The notes beneath the pieces are model-generated. The model was not told where the DNA came from. It saw only the letters and a program-made list of their open reading frames with translations, and searched no databases. A DNA stretch of 64,000 bases from Geosiphon pyriformis uo1 (Eukaryota; Fungi; Glomeromycota): contig JAAOMT010000507.1 in assembly GCA_016748015.1 (NCBI GenBank), positions 42,178 through 106,177 on the forward strand. The letters run 5' to 3'. How positions within the stretch are numbered: the first letter of the stretch is position 1; the number at the start of each line of letters is the position of its first letter. The position numbers and the translations under genes were made by a program. This document shows, piece by piece, positions 54,050 through 64,000 of the stretch.

Positions 54050-54690
54050 AACCTCTCAAAATGCTCCGCTATCAAGAAGCAAATATGTAACCTCAGGCGA
54101 CAAATCAACTCCTCTCTCCTCAGCGATATCGGGTCAGGTATCAATTTTAGATGTAGACAAGATTGGCGATCATTCTATAGTTCGCATTTACAAGTACTTG
54201 GATGATCTCATTTGCGAAAAGGATAATCTATTAGCATCCTCCCCAAAACGTAAGAATAAATGGCCTGGGGACTTGATAAAGCAATTTTTCGAATGCGGTA
54301 AAAATTTATACCTCTACAAAGTGAAATTCAATGGAAATCAGTGAGATTCTTTACCCGGGAATTCGATACCATTATCATTCCTCTTTTTGAAGTGTCGGAT
54401 ATGGAATCCCAGACAAGAAAGATTACAAGAAAAATGCTTTGTTGAGCGCATTATCACTTTCGACAACACCTGATCAGCAAGGTCGAGGAATTAGGGGTTC
54501 GTCTTATTATCCAGAACAAAGCTTATAAATCTAAGGCTTGTATTTAATTTTTTAACATCAAAGAATTGATCCGAAGTGTACAATTGCCAGAATTGTGGGA
54601 GTATGATAGATAGAGATGAAAATGACGTCCGTGGGATCTTTTCTTCGGGCATTGGTTGATGGGGCCTTGGTCCTAGAGTGACAATATAGG
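54050..54690 (+). mobile_element. Decayed TnpB/Fanzor-like RuvC nuclease gene, copy B
   Basis: KIGDHSIVRIYKYLDDLI, LDKAIFRMR*..LQSEIQWKSVRFFTREFDTIIIPLFEVSDM (putative RuvC-II Glu at 54389), RKMLC*AHYHFRQHLISKVEELGVRLIIQNKAYKSKAC, YNCQNCG (54585-54596), IDRDEND.RGIF-LRALVDG (RuvC-III, 54609 on). Confidence 0.82.
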
Positions 54691-55326
54691 AAATAATAGG
54701 CAATCCTTATTATTGATGTATTATGATCAATCTGTTAATAAATAATTAATAGAGCACCATCTCAGAAAATAATATCAATTTGAAATGTCAAATATTGTAA
54801 TAATTATTTTTAGAAAACGAGAGAAGGCAATTTTCGTTTTTAAAAAATTTATTCAATATTGGTTAGTTTAGATATTTTTGGTAAAAACGCTAAAAGGTGG
54901 CTTTTAGGGTTCGTTTGTGAAAAAGAAAATATCGTAATTTGACTGGAAATCTTATCAAAGCCGCATTAAAAAAGTAGCATAGAAAGACAAAAACCTAACA
55001 CTTAATTGATTGTTCAGCTTTTCGTAATCCGTGTATTTTCCAAAAATAGAAAATTAAACTATTAGAAAATAGGTGTAACTTTATTTAGACATGTATTTTC
55101 TCCATTGACAGGAATTACACAGCCTCATTTCAGGTATTCTAGTTGGACTGATACATTGTGGCTGAGGAATCCAAAAACAAATTAATTCAAAACTCCTTAC
55201 AATTAATTTTTTTCATTTCTTATTGATAAACAAAAATGGCAGCGCATTATTACATGCTCTCATAGATTCGTGAACAATACGTTAAAATCAAAAAATAGAA
55301 AAATCGTTCAGTTGGCTTTCATGAGA

Positions 55327-55361
55327 CTCTCATAGAGACTCTCATAGAGTCTCTATGAGAG
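55327..55361. promoter_or_regulatory. Perfect 16-bp inverted repeat (3-nt loop) upstream of the polyprotein gene
   Basis: CTCTCATAGAGACTCT-cat-AGAGTCTCTATGAGAG; an extra CTCTCATAGA copy at 55257-55266. The structure is certain; the regulatory role is inferred. Confidence 0.55.
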
Positions 55362-55427
55362 ATCAAGAGACAAACAAAAGAGAGGAAATTTTTTTTGGAA
55401 ACAGCGTGACTTTGCCGAGGAAAAAAA

Positions 55428-55437
55428 TATATAAAAA
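55428..55437 (+). promoter_or_regulatory. Putative TATA box of the polyprotein gene
   Basis: TATATAAAAA about 180 bp upstream of ATG 55610, which has a CAAAAATG context. Confidence 0.5.
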
Positions 55438-55609
55438 GATGGGGAGGGCTTCAGAAAAGATCATTGCTCCAAATCTCAAGTCTTCTATCCAAAAAATTTA
55501 GCAAATTTGATCTTATCAAATTGTTTCCACAATTCAAAGAAAAAATCCATTTTAAAAGCTTCCAATTTTTGATCCCAACTTCTATATTTTTATAATTTTA
55601 TTTTCAAAA

Positions 55610-56821
55610 ATGGCACCAAAATTCATCGCTTTATCTGCTTTGGCATATGCCACTCTTATTTCTTTTGTTCTTTCTGCTAATGCTGATCGAAATGTCAACG
55701 ATAAACGTGGTAGTGGAAATGGTAACAATAATGGCAACGGAAACAATGGTTCATTCAATGGTAACGGTAATGGAAACAACAATCAGGGATCATTAAATGG
55801 CAACAATAATGGCAATGGAAACAATGGTTCATTCAATGGTAACGGTAATGGAAATAACAATTTGGGTTGGTTTAATGGAAATGCTAACGGAAATTTCAAC
55901 GATGGTTCATTCAATGGTAACGGTAATGGAAACAATAATTGGGGTTGGTTCAATGGAAATTCCAATGGAAATTTCAACCATAAACGTAGTAACGGAAATG
56001 GTAACAATAATGGCAACGGAAACAATGGTTCATTCAATGGCAACGGTAATGGAAACAACAATCAGGGATCATTAAATGGCAACAATAATGGCAATGGAAA
56101 CAACGGTTCATTCAATGGTAACGCTAATGGAAACAACAACCAGGGTTGGTTTAACGGAAATGCCAACGGAAATTTCAATGGTGGTTCATTCAATGGTAAC
56201 GGTAATGGAAACAACAATTTGGGTTGGTTCAATGGAAATTCCAATGGAAATTTCAACCATAAACGTAGTAGCGGAAATGGTAACAATAATGGCAACGGAA
56301 ACAATGGTTCATTCAATGGCAACGGTAATGGAAACAACAATCAGGGATCATTAAATGGCAACAATAATGGCAATGGAAACAACGGTTCATTCAATGGTAA
56401 CGCTAATGGAAACAACAACCAGGGTTGGTTTAACGGAAATGCCAACGGAAATTTCAATGGTGGTTCATTCAATGGTAACGGTAATGGAAACAACAATTTG
56501 GGTTGGTTCAATGGAAATTCCAATGGAAATTTCAACCATAAACGTAGTAGCGGAAATGGTAACAATAATGGCAACGGAAACAATGGTTCATTCAATGGCA
56601 ACGGTAATGGAAACAACAACCAGGGATCATTAAATGGCAACAATAATGGAAATGGAAACAATGGTTCATTCAATGGTAACGGTAATGGAAACAACAACCA
56701 GGGTTGGTTTAACGGAAATGCCAACGGAAATTTCAACGATGGTTCATTCAATGGTAACGGTAATGGAAACAACAATTGGGGTTGGTTCAATGGAAATTCC
56801 AATGGAAATTTCAACCACTAA
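55610..56821 (+). CDS. Secreted Kex2-processed repeat protein (KEP): signal peptide + four 91-aa Asn/Gly-rich peptides separated by KR
   Basis: Signal MAPKFIALSALAYATLISFVLSA, short pro-segment ending DKR; KR codons at 55703, 55982, 56261, 56540 (279-bp period); last unit ends exactly at the stop; intact 403-aa frame with synonymous variation between units. Confidence 0.88.
   Translation: MAPKFIALSALAYATLISFVLSANADRNVNDKRGSGNGNNNGNGNNGSFNGNGNGNNNQGSLNGNNNGNGNNGSFNGNGNGNNNLGWFNGNANGNFNDGSFNGNGNGNNNWGWFNGNSNGNFNHKRSNGNGNNNGNGNNGSFNGNGNGNNNQGSLNGNNNGNGNNGSFNGNANGNNNQGWFNGNANGNFNGGSFNGNGNGNNNLGWFNGNSNGNFNHKRSSGNGNNNGNGNNGSFNGNGNGNNNQGSLNGNNNGNGNNGSFNGNANGNNNQGWFNGNANGNFNGGSFNGNGNGNNNLGWFNGNSNGNFNHKRSSGNGNNNGNGNNGSFNGNGNGNNNQGSLNGNNNGNGNNGSFNGNGNGNNNQGWFNGNANGNFNDGSFNGNGNGNNNWGWFNGNSNGNFNH
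55709..56818 (+). repeat. Hierarchical coding tandem repeat: 4 x 279 bp, each 7 x 39 bp + 6 bp
   Basis: 13-aa unit G-[SW]-[FL]-N-G-N-x-N-G-N-x-N-x, 28 copies (the first of each seven is variant). Confidence 0.97.
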
Positions 56822-59800
56822 TTGGATTCAAAAGAAACATTTTGGTACCATAAAAATATATAGGACAATCCAGGACAATAATTATTTGCATTTTTTTCAT
56901 GTTCCTTGTACTTAATTACGATCTTCAGACAAAAACATCAATTTGATTAGATTATAGAAAAAATCATGGGATTATTTAACAACATTATTTTATCAATAGC
57001 TATTTAAATCTTGAAGTTCCCTAACTATCAAAATTCAAAAAAGCCCTTTATATTGTCGCAATTGAAGACCTAACTTTGTGGTCACAATGCAGTTAGGAAT
57101 TTACCATTATCAAAAACTTAAACCTCGTAGCCCATGATCCCAAGATGGAAACTTATTTTGCTACTCTTATTAATAATAATAAATTGTGAGTGATATATTT
57201 TATGTGATAACAAATTGGCAAGTAAATGGTTTTGTTGAATGATCGAATTAAATATGTTGATTAGATGGAAAACAGCATATATATACACAGCTGGTTCATT
57301 CCTATTGCGATTGTACAGCTCTGGGAAAACTAATCAAATTGACTATAGAACATAAGCATCTTTTAAGCTTTTAATATATTTAAATAAAAATAGTATCTAA
57401 TATAATATTAAAATTTCGAATTTGAATTAAAAATTATAATAATATTTTTATTTATTAGCTTTGATAAATGGTGATTTCACTATCTATTTATATAAAATCT
57501 TTAATTAGTCTTACAATAGAAGTAGATTATGTGTTATTTACATATAACCAGCCACCTAGGCTCGTCAAGACAACATTAACTTAAAATCTACTATATATAT
57601 CAGCAGCAATCTCATAAAGAAACAAATACAACATTAACAGCTTTCATCAGATCCATGAAACTCAAGTGATCTAACAATAGATTTTTTTATAATATTTTTG
57701 TTTCGAAGTGCCCAATCTGAAAAATCTGAGATTACATGAGTAGTAAAGTATGTACATCCAGGGATGGAACACTGGATCGAAACCAAATGCGATTGTGATA
57801 TGCAGCATTATTACATTCATCATTTAGAAATTTCAAATTGAAATATATTTTTTCTTTCCAATTTTAAACTTTAATCTGTTTTTTGAGAATTACTTTATTT
57901 TTCTTTATGCCAAATTTTCAAATATTAATAAGATCTATCTTTTGAAATTATTTTTTGGGGCCAATTATCTCGAAAAATTATGGAAATAGGAGTGATATAG
58001 GAGTCATATTTATCCTCTTAAAGCCAATTATCTTTTAATGACATATAAAAATTCAAGTAATGCAACTGGGACAGAAATGCAGTTCCAATTTAAAATAGTT
58101 TTCTACTTTTTATGATAATTTTTTTAAGAAACCGATTTAATCCTTTAATCCTATTTAAGTAAATACTTTCTTGAATTTTTATCATAAAATTTAATAAAAA
58201 GCAAATGAATTTCTTTCATAATATTTCAAACTTTAGTTTAATTCAAATACGGGGATAGCAGCAAAATTAGTTTTTGTAACGTTTTGATATTATTATTATT
58301 ATGGGATTAAATGGTTTTTAACTTAAGAAATCATATGTCTAATAGAATTAATCGAATATAACCAATTTGATTAATGCATTAGATTAAAGTGGCATTTAAA
58401 TATATAAAAAAGATAACTTAGCAAGATTTAATTCAAGACTAAAGTGTTTTTCAACCAAGATTAGCATATAAAGCAATTTCTCCTTGTAATTAATTAAATT
58501 AGGACTGTGAAAAAATAATTACTGTTCAGTCTTTATAAAAGCAAAAAATGAAATAATGGCCTGGTTTGAAAGACCTAAAAATAATAAATTACTTTTCATC
58601 AATAAGACTATTTAGATATCATGAGTTAAGGAAATTGAATTCAAATAAAAATTAAATTTTCAAGCAACTACATATAATTGCTTTTATGCTGATCAAAATA
58701 TATTTGTTTTGGAATTTAAGCAATTGTTATTATATATATAAATATTATAAAAATTAATAAGTAAATAATATTCACATTTTTTAAAACATTTGGTAATTAA
58801 TTATTATTGTTTTTAGATTTGCAATTGATAAAAATAATTATATATATTAATTGGTTTCATTATAATATTGTTTACTCTATTGTGTTATAAGAATATGTTT
58901 CTTTAAAATAAAATTATATATAAGTCAAGAAGATAAGTTGAAATTATTTTACTCTTGTCTCCATAATTCTTTCTTCGTTTCGAGAAAATTGACCTTTATT
59001 ACAACTACAATATGTCACGATGATCCCATCTTGTTCGGAAACGAATATTTTGTCAACCAAATGAATCAATTTGGTATACCATTTAATTATATATTCCCCA
59101 AATTTAGAATCTTTATTATGGCAAGGTTTAAATTCAAATATAGCTATTACAGTCCTTATAAAAAAATATGATGGAATAATCGCTATCAAGTTTAATTACC
59201 TTTGATACTTATGAAAATTATCTTATTTAAATGGATTAAAATTCTCATGAAATTCTAAAAATAATAATAATAAAGTGACATGCTCTGCGAATATTTTCCC
59301 ATTGCCAATTCTTTTGTATTCATTGTCCAATTCCTATTTTTATTTTGTATCTGCTGCTTAAAATGAAATCCTCAACAAAAAATATTTGTTTATGCTATTT
59401 ACCTAATTATATTTCTATTTAATTAAAGAAGATATCATCATTGGAAATCATCCCTTATTATCTTATTATTGCTAATCGTCTTGTTGCTATTTTCAATAAA
59501 GAATAAATCTGCTTTATATATCACTTCTTATATTATTTACCGATTTCAAAGAACTTTATAATCCTAAATTTTAACTCAACTTGAAAAAACGGTTTCAATT
59601 CCGATTTAGACTAAGAAAAGTTTGCTTTAAAATATATAACTAGTATCTATAGTTTTATTTCTTTATCCATCTATCTTTATGCCAAAAATTTTAGTTACTA
59701 AGAGTTTTTCACTCTGAATTGATTATCCAGAGGCTTGGACATATTTATAAAATACCGGCGTTCCAGATAATCATTCTAGCCGCCGGTCTACACAGATTGG

Positions 59801-60609
59801 TCATTCTTATTTTGGCATAACAATCACTTTTAGATGTTATAACAAATTGGGGGTTATTTTATGGGGACCAACTATTTGCACATGAAAATTATAGTAGTGA
59901 TTAATAATGCTTTTGGGGTGAGGCAATATGGTGTATTTTAGATTTCGAATATAGGATTCATCGCTCATATAGTACTTGAAAAAATCTTTGGAATGTAAAC
60001 AAATCTTGCTAATTTATGTTAACCTATAGTTCCGACTATATTTAATTTCATTTGTCTCGTTGCCTACGTTTCTGTGCTTTCCTGGCATTTTAGCGTATAG
60101 TAAAATATCTATGATACTATGAATGATGGAGAGAAATAGATGTCAACACGCTCATGACCGATAGCGGAACCTATTTTCAAACAAGAAAATTTCAAATTAC
60201 AATCATCACAATTTTGAAAATTGAAAACTTTTAAATCATCTAAATCATCATTCACAGATTAAAGATTTCTTGCAGCATGCACCATATCAAAGGAAATAAC
60301 CTCTTAGGCTCAAGGGATTTTTGGTTACTCGAAATACTAATTTAGGCTTTTAAAATGTGTTTATATTTTGAACATTGATAAGGAAACGCTTTAACAGTTA
60401 TTAATCTTTACACTCAAAAATAAAGGTAACCTTCTTTTAAGAAAAAAACTATATATGATAGGCTGTAGTACATTTTTAAACATAAATAAAGAACCAATTC
60501 GTCCCTCAAATTCTTTTTATGTTTTAACTTAATGCCAAATTCAACTCTGAAAAAAAACCTTTAAATTAAAAAAATTCTCAAAAAGATTAAATAATAATAA
60601 ATGAAAAGC

Positions 60610-62469
60610 TTACCATTTGTAAAAAATTTGAGGTTTCGAGATTAATCGGCTTGTATATCTTGTAGTATCTTGAATCTCTTTGGAATAAAATTTTTTTTCA
60701 CAGACAGATTCATTTAAGTTACAGTTATCGCGTGCAGCAATAAATTTTTATTGAAGTTGTTCTGCAGTGTCGCGACAAGCCTGATTACCATCCTAATTTT
60801 TTTCAATCATTTCCTGAATACATTGAGGCATATGTTTCTTGATTATAGGACGCTTGTCATCAATCATATCAAATTGAATGTGAATAGGATTTATGTTATT
60901 CAAAGATCTTTCTCCTTAAATAATTTCACAGGAAATAATATCAAAACTGTATATATTGCTTTACTTAGTATGAGAACCCCCATTGCAAATCTCGGGTGCA
61001 AGATACTCAAGAACAGCATAAATCTTGCCAGACTGTAGAGTGTATAATCTGCAGGACGACAGAGTCCAAGATCAGAAATGAAAACTTTTAAGTGGTTTGA
61101 TTTCAAACCAAGAATATTTCCAGAATAGAAGTTCCCATGCACCATTTTTGATTCATGTATAAATCTTAGCCCACAAGTGATTTGAAAAGGAAATACGAGG
61201 AATCATGTCTCAAGTAATATCTTGTTTAACTTGTTCCACAAATGGTAAAACCATACCATATCCATCGGCTGTAACATCTTTGGTAATTCCATAACATTCA
61301 AGGATTTATTTGGCAAATGGCACTTTTATGATCTGTGATAAACTATAGAAATACAGTTTTTAGTGTTAGAAAAGACATAGGGATAATAAAAATCAAATAG
61401 ATTTCTTAGAAGGAAATACCTCATCTGAATTAAAATGGTTTACATTTTGGCTATCTTTAAGATATTTCAAAGCAACCTTTGTAAACCCAGTTTGTTTATT
61501 TTTTTGAATTTCTCGTCCCAAAATAGAATTCTGCCTCTCTCCCATCTACCTTCTTTAGCAATACCAAATCTTCCACTCTTACTCTATCTAAATATATAAT
61601 CTTATCGGGAGAAATCCATTCCAGATAGCCTCTGCAGTTTTCAGAATTACACTGTGTATATAGTACATACTGATCAATATTATCATTTTCACTATTCCAT
61701 GTTTGCCAAATCTTTGAAAATCGTGATGACTCACAAGATTTACACCAAAGTAGATCTTTTGATGTGCAATAGCATTCTGGACATTTCGGCAAGCTGGCTT
61801 CAACTACATTATTATCACTTTTATCAGTATCACAAAATGGAAAGCTGGTCAAAGAAAGCTTCAAAATCGAAAAATTTCCCTTTCAAATTATCAGGGTATT
61901 TAAAGCCTCGATTTTGGAACCGTAAAAAGGATACATTCCAAATTGGTTTGATCTTTAAAACAGGAAAATCACTTCGAAAACAAAAGTTATTTGCTCCCGC
62001 TGCTTTTAAATAGGGTTCAAAGGCTTTTTCTAGGTTTTTTATAGTTCCTCATCCAAGGTTAAATTGTGCATTTTGATTTCCCTCTGCTGTTTTTAAATAG
62101 AATCAATTTTTCTTTTAAATTTTTCATTGTTCCCCATCTTCCGTTGTTTCCAATCGATTTCAGATAATATGCTCTAAGACCGATTTGCCCAAGTAAACTT
62201 CCTGGCTCTGCTGCTTTTGAATAGAGTTCGAATGCTTTTTCTGAATTTTGCATTGTTCCTTCTCCATTAGCATAATAAAGTGCCAGATTGTATTGTATAT
62301 TTAAATGTCCCGTCTCTGCTGCTTTTGAATAGAGTTTAAATGCTTTTTTTTTAATTTTTTGTCGTTCCCCTTCCATTATCATAAAAAAGTGCAAGTGTAT
62401 TATCCGCCTCTGCAGCTTTTGAATTGAGTTCAAATGCTTTTCCTCTAACTTACGAAGTACCAATTCCAA
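60610..62469 (-). pseudogene. Frameshifted Sel1-repeat + tyrosine-kinase-like (TKL) gene
   Basis: Sel1 repeats (KAFKLYSKAAETGH..QYNLALYYANGEGT..NSEKAFELYSKAAE); CPEC..WCKSC..WNSENDNIDQY..LEWI pre-kinase module; VALKYL, YGITKD, IHESKMVHGNFYSGNIL, ISDLGLCRPAD; several frameshifts and stops; catalytic HxD reads HGN. Confidence 0.8.
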
Positions 62470-64000
62470 GATTATAACAAGAATTGTCCAAAAGAATTTT
62501 CTCCATTCACTGCTTCCTGTAATTCTAAAAATGCTTTGTTAAATTAGGAATAGTTCTAATCACATGTTCCAAAGAAAACCCGCAAACCAGTCAAGGGGAT
62601 GATGTTGCGTTTTCAATTGATGAAGTTGCAGGCATGATTTTCGAGCACCGAAATTTTGTATGTTTAAAGAAAGATTTTTAAGGAGTTCGTCTTGCTACCG
62701 CTAAATATATATAAAGATTTTAACCTATAATTTTGTTAAATCACATTCTCGAAAGGGCTAAGCCAAGAAGAAATCAGAAACGCTAGAACACTAAAGATAG
62801 TTTTCCTTACTTCATTCCCTTATTTACATTGCTTAAACGGGTAGAGAAAGTCTGTAAATTTTTAAAAGGTTAACTATGCTTATGGTTATCATTGTCTGAT
62901 TGCCATTTTGAATTTTAATGAAAATCTAAAGTTGAGTTACACTTTGATTGGTGATTGCCGGTTTCAATAGCTCATTGATAAATTTCTTTGAGAATTTTCT
63001 AACTGCATAATCTAGTTCTACGGTCTTTGTCACTTCTTTTAAGATGAGTGATGACTTTTTTCTTTTTAAAAGTTTTGAATAATTTAATTATTTCGAATTT
63101 TAAAAACTGAAATTTTTAAAAAAGATATAACAATACTGTTATAGTAATAGTTCTAGTTAATACTAGTTTGTTTAAAATCAAAAAAAATAAGTTGAATATA
63201 AATTTAAAAAATATAATAAATTGTAACTAGTTTGAAGAAAGATAAATAACGTAGGATTTTCTTTTTTACTATAACTAATTTGATTCTAATAGAAAATATT
63301 TATTTTGTTTAACCAATTTAATAATTGGTATTTGCCATCAAATATCAATATTAAATAATTTTAAATTTGAATTAAGAAACGTATTTATAATGTATATATG
63401 ATGATTATGTTAAATAAAAATTATTAAAGTTTATAACTTTATCTGATTTTTTATTGACTTGAACTAAACATCAAAATAATTGTACTTATATTTCAAAGAC
63501 AATGGAATAAAACCATAATTTTTTAATATTCTTGAATTACTTAATTTCGAAAATTTCAGAATTATTTTCATTTTTCAAAATGTTTTGTAGCTTGAATTCA
63601 GATAAATTATTGCTTAGCTCCTTTTTCTTTTTTCCTAATCTATATTCTTAAAGTGTATCTTTCTAATCACAATTTTTAATATAACTAGTTATTTTATCAT
63701 TATAAAAATATTTTTATAAATTATTTTGTTGTTTAATATACTTCTTTTGTTATATATAGTTGATCAATTGTTAATAAAAATTATAAGTTTTGTAAATTTT
63801 AAAAATTGGATTGGATTATGAATTCAATAGCATAAACACGAAAATAGATTCGTTTAAAAGAGCATTTTTAATATTTCCGATAATTACTATTTAAAATGTT
63901 TGTGTTTAAGTTTTTTTGTTGTTTTCTGAAATTGATGTTGCTTTTTTTTGTTTTTCCTTTATACCAAATCTTTTAGTTTCTATAAGCCATTTTTGTTTTT

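Noticed and set aside
52078-54703. Minus-strand track ORFs at 52078, 52294, 53854 and 54491
   Set aside because: Antisense to the Fanzor-like relics, whose motifs are on the plus strand.
55709-56818. Regular repeats resembling a CRISPR array
   Set aside because: Contiguous coding repeats with no unique spacers, eukaryotic context and no cas genes.
55582-56915. Alternative-frame repeat ORFs (METMVHS... on +, LFPLPLP... on -)
   Set aside because: Shadow frames of the Asn/Gly repeat; only the 403-aa frame has a signal peptide, KR sites and synonymous third-position variation.
58938-59189. Overlapping short ORFs (also 2204-2566, 19285-19536, 20052-20315, 39560-39760)
   Set aside because: No recognisable motif, splice support or signal; cannot be supported from sequence alone.

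Overview
AT-rich, intron-containing eukaryotic (fungal) genomic DNA. The gene content (MATA-type HMG-box paralogues, a Sel1/kinase relic, an REase-kinase) and the repeat families suggest Glomeromycotina, possibly Geosiphon/Archaeosporales; this assignment is inference from recalled sequence style, not a search. Apparently intact genes: two tandem HMG-box transcription factors, a 6-exon SOD-fold mitoribosomal protein (mS42/Rsm26-like), a 2-exon degenerate-nuclease plus kinase-like gene, a 4-exon Zn-finger-repeat plus ADP-ribosyltransferase-fold gene with an MGxxxS start, a 6-exon ~2,900-aa FMP27/Hobbit lipid-transfer gene, and a secreted Kex2-type polyprotein predicted to release four 91-aa Asn/Gly peptides, each exactly 7 x 13-aa repeats. 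Two long ultra-AT blocks (~6.7-16.4 kb and ~39.9-45.8 kb) are Ty3/Gypsy and LINE relics that can still be read through near-saturating C>T/G>A transitions (YVDD>YVNN, FVDD>FINN). Features missing from the ORF track are two decayed TnpB/Fanzor-like nuclease copies (~52.0-52.5 and ~54.05-54.7 kb), a Tc1/mariner relic, a tiny signal-peptide ORF, and a perfect 16-bp hairpin upstream of the polyprotein gene. No rRNA, tRNA or CRISPR array was seen. All translations and splice models were read by hand.
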